Positions 1-9,454 of a stretch of DNA of 27,971 bases are shown piece by piece; position 1 is the first letter of the stretch, and each line of letters starts with the position of its first letter. The notes beneath the pieces are model-generated. The model had not been told where the DNA came from. It saw nothing but the letters and a program-made list of their open reading frames with translations, and searched no databases. The stretch comes from a virus (taxonomy: Duplodnaviria > Heunggongvirae > Uroviricota > Caudoviricetes): positions 64,001 through 91,971 of IMG/VR virus record IMGVR_UViG_3300042997_000183; one strand, written 5' to 3'. Made by a program: the position numbers and the translations under genes.

Positions 1-2
1 AT

Positions 3-3000
3 GATGCTAGTGATCCAGAGAACCTAGTAGACAGATATTCAGGCATATTAGATGCTATGATTTCTGAGTTAGGTGATGTAAACACTACAGAAGGTCTTGA
101 AGAAAGACTTGCTGCAGAGCTAGATAAGTTAAGTGATGCCACTCTACAAGCTGAGTTGAAAGATAAGTATGTTAGAGACATGTATAAGAAGTCTTTAGAG
201 AATGAATACTACGATTCTTTAACAAAACTTCTTACACTTCCAGAGAACTTTGAGAGATTGATTTCTCCCATAGGAGATGCTGGTTTAAAAGACTTAGCTT
301 CTAAATTAGATAAGTTAAGAGGGTATGATGAAAGCACTATTAAGAACAGGATGCTTGATAGAAACTATCTAACTAAGCTTAGACATGCATTCGTAACTGC
401 TAAGCGTTGGGTGGGTATTGCTGCTGTAAACATCACTAACCATTCTCTTACACAAAAGATTTCTGCATATATTGATCCTAGTAAGTTTGAGCTTGTTAAT
501 GAGGTTGATAGAAAGATATTAGGTGATGGTAAGGTGGCTCTTCCACATAATACAGTGAATATTAATGGTGAAGAACGTATATCCTTATCTTCAATTCTAG
601 ATAAGGCTGGTAAGTATATTTCTGGTAAACTATCTGGATATGCAACAGCGTTTGTGGATGTAGCTAAAGATCCATACATCCTTAAGATTATAGGTTCTGA
701 CTTAGCTGTAGGTACATTTATGTACTTAGAAAGAATTGGTGTTCCAATTGAGACAACAGCAATGTTCATGAATCAGCCTATTATTAAGGAGTATTTAACA
801 TACTTAGATAACACAGGAGCTAGAGGTTTATTTAACCAAAAGAACATAGATGCTGTTAAGTCTAAGTTTGTTACAACTGGAACATTGATTAACTCTGCAG
901 GTGTTAGCGTTGACACTCTTGAAGATAACATTTCAGAATACTATTCTAAAGGAGAACTTAGTGAACCTAAGAATGCTGAGCAACATGTTATACTAAACGA
1001 GTTCTTGAAATACGCTAAGATGGCTGAGTATCTATTTAACTTTGGTCAAGCGATTAACTATGACACTACCAAGTTTAGAAGTGGTGATGCATTGTTTAAG
1101 AAGGAAACAAGAACAGAAGTTGCTGAAGATATTAACATTATTAGTTCTGTAAATGAGTTGTTAGATGCTTCATTTATAGGTAAGCAGGCTGAGCTTATTG
1201 CTTCTTCTATGGAAGCTATGGGTGAGATATTCAAGCTTGAGAAAGATGAGTTTAGAGTTATAACTAATTCAATATTAAAGTCTTTTGCAAAAGATCAATA
1301 CTTAAGTGCTGATGACTATGATAGAATTGCTAACAAACTAAAAGCTTCTTTCCTAGACTACATCATCCAAACTAAGAGTGGTTTAAACAGTGAGATTAAA
1401 GCATTGTTAGTTGATGCAGGTACATCTGTAGCTTCTCAACTAGCTGAGGCTAAGCGTAAGAACCCAGGACTTACAATCTTAAACGACCTACAAGTGGTTA
1501 GTTCTGATAGAGTGGATGGTGCTAAGAGCATTAAACTATTAGCTAATAACAAAGATGCTTACGATGAGAACTTGTATACAGGATATATGAGAGAGCTTAG
1601 AGATAACCCATCTACTACAGAGCTGTACAACAACATAGTTAAATTGTCTATTCTCCAGGGTACATACCAAACAGGTATATCTATAAAGAACATTATTCCT
1701 ATTGAAGACTATAGCAAAATCATTGCTCCAGTAATAGCTCCTCTTGTATCTAATGATTCATTAAAATCATTTGCTCAAGGTGCATTCCAAAGGAATAACT
1801 GGAAAGATGACAAGATATTTGGTAAGGTGAAGCCTAAGTTCTTCTTAGCTCAGGAGACTCCTATTGCTGTGGATATATATGATAATGACATTTACCAATA
1901 CTTCTCTCCAGCTTTCCCTAATATTAAGAACTTAGGAATCAAGTCTACAGACAGAAAGATATTGTTATTGAGTGAGCGTTATAATGCAGCTAGCTTGAAA
2001 TATGATTTTGTTAAGGTTCCTAGAGTGGTTGAAGATAGTTTTACAGGAACAAGAGTTAATATGACTAATGGTGAAAATGTAACCAACTCAATGTTTGCAA
2101 TTAAGAAATCTAAAGGTGACCTATCTTTAAAAGACATATACGGTTATCAAAAGGTTAAATATGCTGACGGTAGTCCAGTGATTGTATATGATGATAAAGG
2201 AGTGGGTAGCCATGTATATAAATTAATTAATCTATATGGTGACGGTCAATTAGCTTCTGAATACTATGAGAACAATATTCCTTCTGTATTAAACAATGGC
2301 ACTGTAAAGATTGCTAATGAGATTACAGACGAAGAAATAATTGCACATTATGGTGGACAAACTCAACCTAAAGTTGTACCTTTACAATCTATGGATAAGA
2401 CTATTCAGATGCAACCTGCTAATATTGAGAAGATTAAAGCTGGTACTAAAACTGCTACAATACGTTCTCAAAAACAAGCTGATGAAATAGGTATTCCTGT
2501 AGGTCAAACACAAGTTAGAAAAATAGGTGATACATATTATAATATTACAAATCGTGGTCTTTTAACTATTGAAGAAGCTGGCGGTAAAGAAAAAATGCTT
2601 AAGGATGATGGTGCAAAATCTGAGAATGATCTTATGTACCAACAGACTAAAGATTGGGTTAATGGTAAGGGTAGACTATATGTATATGATATTGCACCTG
2701 TAACCACTGAAACTCAACCAGTTATAGATAATAGTACATTAAATGATGGGGATGTAGTGTATGATAAAAATGGTACCAAATTTATCTTTAGAGGAATTAG
2801 AGAAGAAGGTAAAGTAGGAGCACGTTCTCCAAGACTTGAAGAAACAGATGGTAGTAAAAACATAGTCATCCCTGGAGAAAATGTAAAACTTTATACTCAA
2901 TCAACTAAAACTCAATCAACTAAAACTCAATCAGCTATAGAGTTTCAAGAAGAACCCACATCAGGATATAAAAATAGAACTATCAAAAATGCAAGTGCTG

Positions 3001-4448
3001 ATGCAACTATTGCTTTTGCTTACAACTTTAATTCTGCTGGTGAGAAGTTAACTAAGTCATCTGTATTAGAACAAAATAAGAAATATATACCTTTAGCTGT
3101 TCCTACAAAGACAGAAACTTCTGATATTAATAAAGCTAATATAACATCTCAAGTTAATGTGATAGTGGACCAATTGAATTCAGTGAACGCTAAAACATTA
3201 AACATAGCAGGAAATGGTATATACACTATGAGAGAAGCTGGATGGAATCAAGAAGAAGTAGATTTAATGACTTATAGAATATTAAAAGGTGTTGTAGAAT
3301 CTCCTAATCTTAAGAACAAAATAGAATCAATTAGAACTGGTGGACAAACAGGATTTGATGAAGCTGGAGCTAAAGCTGGAATTAAATTAGGAATACCTAC
3401 TACTATACTAGCTCCTAAAGGTTGGAAATTTAGAAACATATCTGGTCAAGATATTTCTAATGAACAACAGTTTAAAGCTAGGTTTGGTCAAGTTAATGAA
3501 ACTCAATCAACTAAACCTCAACCAGTTATAGATAGCTCTAAGAAGATTAACATCTATGCAGGTACAGGAGAGAATGCTGAGTTAAGTAACTTTGCTAATA
3601 GACCTTTTACAACAGCAGATGGTGTAGGCTTTGAAAATGTTGAAGGAGCATTTCAAGCAGCTAAACTACTATATAGCTCAGTTTATAATTCTCCTGAATT
3701 TGGTCTTACTCCTAGTTTTTATGATATGTTACTTAAGTTTCAAGAATACTCAGGAGCTAATGCAAAAGAATTAGGAGGAAAAATTAAAGGATTAAATACA
3801 AAAGCATGGGATGCAAACTCTTCAAGAATAATGAAGGAATTAATGAAAGCTTCTTTTGAACAAAATCCATCAGCTCTTAAAGCTTTGTTAGCTACAGGAA
3901 ATGCTGAACTTACCCATACACAAGAGTCTCCTAAATCTAAATGGAGAACAGAGTTTCCTAAACTGTTAATGGAAGTAAGAGAAGAATTAAAACCTAAACC
4001 AGGTTTAAGTGCGTATGTAACTTTAGAGCAATTAGAAGCTGATAAGTCTTTCTTGAATACAGCTATAGAGTTTGTTGATGAAATCTCTACAAACAAAGAT
4101 GTTCCTGTAGCAATGAGAAACTTAAACAAAGGAGAGAAGATCCAAATGGTTAAAGACCTAATGCAGAAAAAGTTTGACGATAAAGCTTGGACCAGTCCTG
4201 TTACACAGGCAGACGGTAGTAAAGCTACAGCACTTCCTGCAGAACAGTTCAAATCATTTAACGAGTTCTTAACGTTTGCTTTGTTACATGAGAAAGCACA
4301 CGAGACTATATCAAAAGTTTCTGGCGAAACAATTGGTCAGTACGAAGATAGAATCAATGCTGCAGCGTTAAACAATATGCCTAAACCTCCTGCTGAATTT
4401 GAAGGCGATTTAGAAGGAGCTGATAACCCTAATCCTTGTGGACAATAA
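3..4448 (+). CDS. Giant virion protein, 5'-partial; probable virion (injected) two-barrel DNA-dependent RNA polymerase C-terminal half, fused to ASCH, SLOG, NADAR and zincin-like modules
   Basis: The frame is open from base 3 (DASDPENLVDRYSGILDAM...), so the gene starts left of the window. Motifs VGIAAVNITNH and SGYATAFVDVAKDP resemble the LG.I.N.H and S.AVD.PKTG motifs that follow the catalytic DxDxD in QDE-1/RDR-like polymerases and crAss-like virion RNAPs. The catalytic motif itself is not in the window. C-terminal motifs: IKAGTKTATIR (ASCH); GGQTGFDEAG and LNIAG (SLOG); LSNF...VEGAFQAAK...FEQNP...LLATG...LMEVR (NADAR); LLHEKAHE. Confidence 0.7.
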   Translation, partial: DASDPENLVDRYSGILDAMISELGDVNTTEGLEERLAAELDKLSDATLQAELKDKYVRDMYKKSLENEYYDSLTKLLTLPENFERLISPIGDAGLKDLASKLDKLRGYDESTIKNRMLDRNYLTKLRHAFVTAKRWVGIAAVNITNHSLTQKISAYIDPSKFELVNEVDRKILGDGKVALPHNTVNINGEERISLSSILDKAGKYISGKLSGYATAFVDVAKDPYILKIIGSDLAVGTFMYLERIGVPIETTAMFMNQPIIKEYLTYLDNTGARGLFNQKNIDAVKSKFVTTGTLINSAGVSVDTLEDNISEYYSKGELSEPKNAEQHVILNEFLKYAKMAEYLFNFGQAINYDTTKFRSGDALFKKETRTEVAEDINIISSVNELLDASFIGKQAELIASSMEAMGEIFKLEKDEFRVITNSILKSFAKDQYLSADDYDRIANKLKASFLDYIIQTKSGLNSEIKALLVDAGTSVASQLAEAKRKNPGLTILNDLQVVSSDRVDGAKSIKLLANNKDAYDENLYTGYMRELRDNPSTTELYNNIVKLSILQGTYQTGISIKNIIPIEDYSKIIAPVIAPLVSNDSLKSFAQGAFQRNNWKDDKIFGKVKPKFFLAQETPIAVDIYDNDIYQYFSPAFPNIKNLGIKSTDRKILLLSERYNAASLKYDFVKVPRVVEDSFTGTRVNMTNGENVTNSMFAIKKSKGDLSLKDIYGYQKVKYADGSPVIVYDDKGVGSHVYKLINLYGDGQLASEYYENNIPSVLNNGTVKIANEITDEEIIAHYGGQTQPKVVPLQSMDKTIQMQPANIEKIKAGTKTATIRSQKQADEIGIPVGQTQVRKIGDTYYNITNRGLLTIEEAGGKEKMLKDDGAKSENDLMYQQTKDWVNGKGRLYVYDIAPVTTETQPVIDNSTLNDGDVVYDKNGTKFIFRGIREEGKVGARSPRLEETDGSKNIVIPGENVKLYTQSTKTQSTKTQSAIEFQEEPTSGYKNRTIKNASADATIAFAYNFNSAGEKLTKSSVLEQNKKYIPLAVPTKTETSDINKANITSQVNVIVDQLNSVNAKTLNIAGNGIYTMREAGWNQEEVDLMTYRILKGVVESPNLKNKIESIRTGGQTGFDEAGAKAGIKLGIPTTILAPKGWKFRNISGQDISNEQQFKARFGQVNETQSTKPQPVIDSSKKINIYAGTGENAELSNFANRPFTTADGVGFENVEGAFQAAKLLYSSVYNSPEFGLTPSFYDMLLKFQEYSGANAKELGGKIKGLNTKAWDANSSRIMKELMKASFEQNPSALKALLATGNAELTHTQESPKSKWRTEFPKLLMEVREELKPKPGLSAYVTLEQLEADKSFLNTAIEFVDEISTNKDVPVAMRNLNKGEKIQMVKDLMQKKFDDKAWTSPVTQADGSKATALPAEQFKSFNEFLTFALLHEKAHETISKVSGETIGQYEDRINAAALNNMPKPPAEFEGDLEGADNPNPCGQ
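2713..3534 (+). repeat. Dispersed 18-bp direct repeat CTCAACCAGTTATAGATA (QPVID linker), two copies
   Basis: Identical at 2713-2730 and 3517-3534; a related linker, CAAACTCAACCTAAAGTT, lies at 2358-2375. Confidence 0.92.
2895..2933 (+). repeat. 15-bp tandem repeat ACTCAATCAACTAAA x2.6 encoding a TQSTK inter-domain linker
   Basis: Exact copies at 2895-2909 and 2910-2924, a partial copy at 2925-2933, and another exact copy at 3501-3515. Confidence 0.95.
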
Positions 4449-4462
4449 ATAACTGATAAACA

Positions 4463-7400
4463 ATGAGTTGTAAAGTAAAGTATATAGAGAACAATTATAG
4501 AGCTGACCATCCTATATTGGCTGATCGATTAACAGACATCTATCACTCAGTATGGAAAAGCATTACCAAGTCTAACATTTTTAGGAAGTATGGTGAAGGT
4601 AATACAGCAACATATTTATTCTCTCCTGCAGGAACTGGTCAGAACAAAAAACAGTTAGAGCTTATCAATAAGATAAACAAGGAGTTTAATGTTCCTGAAG
4701 GAAAGTCTTTGGTTAGATCTAAACTTACAGTGGCAGGTAACAACTCTAAGGTGGAAGTTGATGTAAATCCACTTGCTCAACAAGAATGGGAAAAGATTGC
4801 TGTACAGGGAACATTGTTTCAAAAGCCTACAGACACAGTGAGTTCTAAAGCTTCTCCTAAAACCATTGCTATGGTTAAGGACTTCTTAACTCGTATAGGA
4901 GTTGATGTTAAGCAAATGGACAAGGTTGTTGTGAATGGTGTTAAGGTGGATGCTAATGGTGCTGCCTTGATTACACAAAAATTAGTACAAGTTGTTGAGG
5001 GTAAGGAAGAGGTGGCTCTTACAGAAGAAGCTATGCACTTTGCTGTTGAAATAATCCAGCAATTAGATCCTAAATTATTCAACAAACTATTGAAAGAAAT
5101 CAACAGTTATAACATATTAAATGATGTGTTTCGTGAATATGGATCTGATCCAAACTACCAAACTGCTGATGGTAAGCCTGATATATTGAAGCTTAAAAAA
5201 GAAGCTATTGCTAAGGTGCTTACAGAGACAGTTATTAATAAGAACGAAGGTTTAACAGAAAAGCCTGAGTTAATAGCCAAGGCTGAGAGCTGGTGGCAAA
5301 CAATTGTAAACGCTCTTAAATCTTTATTCCAAAAGTCTGGATTTGACCAAGCTGCAATGCAAGTGTTATCTGGAGAGTTTGTTGGAACAGTTGATGAGCT
5401 TAGAGATTCTGAAAATGATGTTTATCTACAAAAGGATAAACAACAACAGATATACGATTCTATCATGGATCTTAAAGCTAAGGTTGTTAAGAAGGATGAT
5501 GGATACTATGTAGATGGAGTGAAAGTTCTTAGAAGGGTTACTGACTTAGTTAGTGATTGGTACGATAGAAGATTTAAAGCTAATGACTTAACTAAGAGTG
5601 AGTTTGCTAAAGCAGTGGATGATTTAAAAGCTGAGAAAGGTACAGCAGGACATAAAGATATTGAACATGCATTTGAGGTGTTTGTAGATGCTGACGGTTT
5701 CCTAAGAACAGAACCCCTTAATGATGATGGATATGTTTCCAAACTAGATCCTAATGATAGGACTATGTATGAGATGTTAAAGGTAAATCTAAAGGAACGT
5801 TTAAATTCATTCCCTAAAGAAAATGGTGGTACAAGATTTATGTCTGAGGCAATTGTATATGATCCTAAGCGTGACTTAGCTGGTACTATTGACTTCTTAG
5901 CTATTGAACCTGATGGTAAGACAAACATCCTTGACTGGAAGTTTATGGATCTTAACGTAGATAAGTATGATGACATTCCTTGGTATAAGGTGAATGCTTG
6001 GAGATTACAGATGGAGCAATACAAAGCTATCCTTCAAAATACATATAATATTAATCCTCAAGACTTTAAGCAAACAAGAATGATTCCTATTAAAGCATTC
6101 TACTCTCAAGGTAATGCTAAAACTGGAGACCTTCCTAAGCTTCAGTCAATTAAGATAGGTGATGTTAGTGTTAAAGCTATTCAAGATGACTATCTAATCC
6201 CTGTAGGTCTTGAAGGAGAGAAGACAGGTAATAAAAAGATTGATGCTCTCATTGAGAAACTTAATGCTGTATACAAACAGATTTCTGAAAAGAAAGCACT
6301 ACCTTCTGAGAAGCTATCTAAAGCTGAGCAGTTGAATGCTCTCTTTACAGCAATCAGACAGTTACAAATGAAAGGTAATGTTAAACCTCTATTGTATCAG
6401 GCTAAGGTGCTGAACAAGCAAATCAAAACTACAATTGATAATTACAATGCTAACTGGGCTGGTAAAGATCCTAAATCTTTTAGTGAGGAAGAAATGAATA
6501 CCTTTCAAGAAGAGATTGAAACATCACAAGATGCTCTTGACATGTATACAAAGTTAGACTCTGAACTTAGATTCTTATTCCTTGGAGATTTATCAGAAGA
6601 AGATAAGAAACTTAAAGAAGAACTTAGAGATACAGCAGATGATGCTAGAGATTTACAAAGTGATTTAAACACTGTAGCAGAAGAGTTTGCAGATACAATT
6701 ATTGCAGGTAGCGTTGATGTAGATAACTTATTGTCTCCTGAAAAGATTATCAAGGGTATTACTAGATTCTTTTCTTCTACCACTACATTACAGTTGAAGG
6801 GAGTGGAGGTGTTGTTTAAGAAGGCAAACAAAGCTTTTGGTTTATCTTCTATGGACACTCTTACAGAGACCAAAAGATTACAAAATTTAAAAGAAGAATA
6901 CGATAAACTAGCTGCTTCTAAAGGACTTACAATAAAGAACTACTTTGATTTAATTAAGAAGAAAGATAGTAATGAGCTTATAGATGAGTTTAATCCTGAA
7001 TTCTATAAGGAACTAAGAACTAGAATCAACGATAGAGACTATGCTTGGATTAGAGAAAATGTTGATGCTCAAGAGTTTAAAAAGTTCTTAGATGAGAAGC
7101 TAGAAGAAGAGTATAAAAGAATTGATGATAAACCTAGAGTAGGCACAGATGAAGAAATCAACTCTGCAATTGTAAGAGAGAAGAATGATGCTAAGAGAAA
7201 ATATGATGCAAGTACTTCAGAATCAATTGGGTGGTTGCAATATGAACTAGTTAGAAAGTTCCCTGATAGATCTAAGTGGGAATCTAATGAATGGAAAGAA
7301 TTACACAAACCTGATAACAAAGCTGCTCTTGACTTCTATAATTATATTATAGAGAAGAACAATGAATACAAAGAGATTGGCTACATTAATAAAGCTGAAG

Positions 7401-9406
7401 CTAGAACATTCCTTCCTTATGTAAGAAAGGGATTGATGGAAAAGATTATATTTGGTGGAAACATATCTTTGGGAGAGCAGTTCTTTAGATCAATATCTAT
7501 TGATGAAGGTGATATTGGATTTGGTAAGGTGAACCCACTTACAGGTAAACCTATTGATACAATTCCTACATATTTCACCAGAGAGATTGAAGGTGAGGTG
7601 AGCACAGACTTATTTAGAACAATGGCTCTATACAACGAGATGGCTATTAAGTATAAGTATTTACGTAACATTGAAGCTCAAGCTAGATCACTTGTACGTG
7701 TAGAGAGGAATAAGAAAGCAATTGCTACATCTATATTTGGTAAAACTGAATACAAAGATGGTGTGTTACAATACACTCCAGATAACAATGAGAACACTAA
7801 GCTTGTTGAAGACATGGTGAAAGCTATTGTTTATGGTCAGAAGTATTTACAAAGTGATAGCTTCGATCAACTACTAGGTAAGTTTGGTAAGTTTGGAGAG
7901 AAGATTAATAGCAAGCTTGGATATAAGATATTCCCAGAAAATCTAGAAGGAAGACAAGTTAGTATCAATAAGGTGATTGACCAATTGAATAACACATTCC
8001 AACTTAAAGCATTGGGACTCAACGTGTTATCTGCTACATCAAACTTGTTTGGTGGTACAGCTCAATCAATCATCAACTCAGGTAAGTATTTCACTGCTAC
8101 TGAGTTTGCTGGTACAGAACTTTGGTTAGCTACTAATAAGATGAATGGTGCAGATAAGAAACTAATGATTGGTGCTCTTGAATACTTCCTACCACTAACA
8201 GATAATTACAATAAAGAAATAGCTAAGAAGCTGTCTCTCAATAAGTTAAGTCAAGAGAACATTCAAGAATTCCTAATGGTATTAATGAGGAACTCTGACT
8301 TACACGTACAGACAGTTAACTTCTTTAGCTTCCTTAAGAACTCTATTGTTGAGGATGGTAAGATTGTAAACGCTAGAGAATTACTAAGAGCTACTCCTGA
8401 ATATGCTAATAGATATCGAGGAACAGCAGAACAAAGAAAAGCTTTAGAACAAAAGTTTGAAGAAGACGTTAAGAAACTTGTTGAAGAAAAGGGTGTACTA
8501 AAACTAGGATCTGTAGTGAACAATGAGTTTGTTATACCTGGAGTGGATAGAAAGTCTGACTCAGTGTTAGATATAAGAAGAAAGGTGCAGTCTTTAACTA
8601 AAGATGCATTAGGATCTTTATCAGAAGATGATGTTCGTTTGATCAACATGAGTATCTATGGTAAGTCGTTCATGATGTTTAAGAACTGGATTCCTAGACT
8701 TGTGGATGTAAGAGCTGGTAACCTTAAATATAACTCTGCATCAGATGCTTATGAATGGGGTAGAATGAGAATGGTGTTTAGAGTGATGTCTGAGGACTTA
8801 TTAGGAAGCTTAACTAACTTAACTAACTCATTGCAAGCTAATGATAAAGGTGTTGAGTTTATGAGAACGTTGTTTGAGAAGAAGAAAGCTGACTATGAAA
8901 AAGAAACAGGCAAGGAACTTAAAATGACTGAGGCTGAATTCATGGACCTAGTTAGAAAGAACATTAAGTCTCAGATGATTGACGTTATATTCATGCTTAC
9001 ACTATACGGATTGTTCCTTGGATTAAAGGCAAATGCTCCTGATGATGATGAAGATGAAACAGTTAAGAACCAATACAAGTTCTTATTGAAAGCTTCTGAT
9101 AAACTTAAGGATGAGATCTTATACTTCTATGACCCAACTAGTATTACAAGTCTAGTGTCTTCAGGTATATTCCCATCTATATCTCACATTACCAACTATA
9201 AGACGTTGGTTAAGAACTTCATGATTGAGAACTACGCTATAGCTGTAGGAGATGAAAAACTCCAAGAAAAGAACTACGTTATTAAGTATTTACTACGTTC
9301 TTTCCCTATAACCAGTCAGGCTCAAGGTATGCTTCCAATGTTCTTCCCAGACCTAGCCAAGGACTTAGGTATTAAAGCACAGTCTCAATCTGGTTTCCTA
9401 AGATAA
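4463..9406 (+). CDS. Large (1647 aa) probable virion cargo/ejection protein with a PD-(D/E)xK (RecB/Cas4-like) nuclease domain and a degenerate zincin-like motif
   Basis: Directly follows the probable virion RNAP. KGTAGH...SEAIVYD...AGTIDFL...NILDWK...QMEQY (about 5636-6040) is the canonical RecB-family order. EEAMH at 5024-5038. Long helical, charged body, with a hydrophobic segment VIFMLTLYGLFLGL near the C-terminus. Confidence 0.72.
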   Translation: MSCKVKYIENNYRADHPILADRLTDIYHSVWKSITKSNIFRKYGEGNTATYLFSPAGTGQNKKQLELINKINKEFNVPEGKSLVRSKLTVAGNNSKVEVDVNPLAQQEWEKIAVQGTLFQKPTDTVSSKASPKTIAMVKDFLTRIGVDVKQMDKVVVNGVKVDANGAALITQKLVQVVEGKEEVALTEEAMHFAVEIIQQLDPKLFNKLLKEINSYNILNDVFREYGSDPNYQTADGKPDILKLKKEAIAKVLTETVINKNEGLTEKPELIAKAESWWQTIVNALKSLFQKSGFDQAAMQVLSGEFVGTVDELRDSENDVYLQKDKQQQIYDSIMDLKAKVVKKDDGYYVDGVKVLRRVTDLVSDWYDRRFKANDLTKSEFAKAVDDLKAEKGTAGHKDIEHAFEVFVDADGFLRTEPLNDDGYVSKLDPNDRTMYEMLKVNLKERLNSFPKENGGTRFMSEAIVYDPKRDLAGTIDFLAIEPDGKTNILDWKFMDLNVDKYDDIPWYKVNAWRLQMEQYKAILQNTYNINPQDFKQTRMIPIKAFYSQGNAKTGDLPKLQSIKIGDVSVKAIQDDYLIPVGLEGEKTGNKKIDALIEKLNAVYKQISEKKALPSEKLSKAEQLNALFTAIRQLQMKGNVKPLLYQAKVLNKQIKTTIDNYNANWAGKDPKSFSEEEMNTFQEEIETSQDALDMYTKLDSELRFLFLGDLSEEDKKLKEELRDTADDARDLQSDLNTVAEEFADTIIAGSVDVDNLLSPEKIIKGITRFFSSTTTLQLKGVEVLFKKANKAFGLSSMDTLTETKRLQNLKEEYDKLAASKGLTIKNYFDLIKKKDSNELIDEFNPEFYKELRTRINDRDYAWIRENVDAQEFKKFLDEKLEEEYKRIDDKPRVGTDEEINSAIVREKNDAKRKYDASTSESIGWLQYELVRKFPDRSKWESNEWKELHKPDNKAALDFYNYIIEKNNEYKEIGYINKAEARTFLPYVRKGLMEKIIFGGNISLGEQFFRSISIDEGDIGFGKVNPLTGKPIDTIPTYFTREIEGEVSTDLFRTMALYNEMAIKYKYLRNIEAQARSLVRVERNKKAIATSIFGKTEYKDGVLQYTPDNNENTKLVEDMVKAIVYGQKYLQSDSFDQLLGKFGKFGEKINSKLGYKIFPENLEGRQVSINKVIDQLNNTFQLKALGLNVLSATSNLFGGTAQSIINSGKYFTATEFAGTELWLATNKMNGADKKLMIGALEYFLPLTDNYNKEIAKKLSLNKLSQENIQEFLMVLMRNSDLHVQTVNFFSFLKNSIVEDGKIVNARELLRATPEYANRYRGTAEQRKALEQKFEEDVKKLVEEKGVLKLGSVVNNEFVIPGVDRKSDSVLDIRRKVQSLTKDALGSLSEDDVRLINMSIYGKSFMMFKNWIPRLVDVRAGNLKYNSASDAYEWGRMRMVFRVMSEDLLGSLTNLTNSLQANDKGVEFMRTLFEKKKADYEKETGKELKMTEAEFMDLVRKNIKSQMIDVIFMLTLYGLFLGLKANAPDDDEDETVKNQYKFLLKASDKLKDEILYFYDPTSITSLVSSGIFPSISHITNYKTLVKNFMIENYAIAVGDEKLQEKNYVIKYLLRSFPITSQAQGMLPMFFPDLAKDLGIKAQSQSGFLR

Positions 9407-9454
9407 AATAGGGTGAATTATTGCTATATTATGTGGCATTCTTCATCGTAACTC

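Noticed and set aside
2895-3534. Short repeats as a CRISPR array or mobile-element ends
   Set aside because: Only 15-18 bp, in frame inside a CDS, irregularly spaced; no cas, transposase or integrase gene is present.
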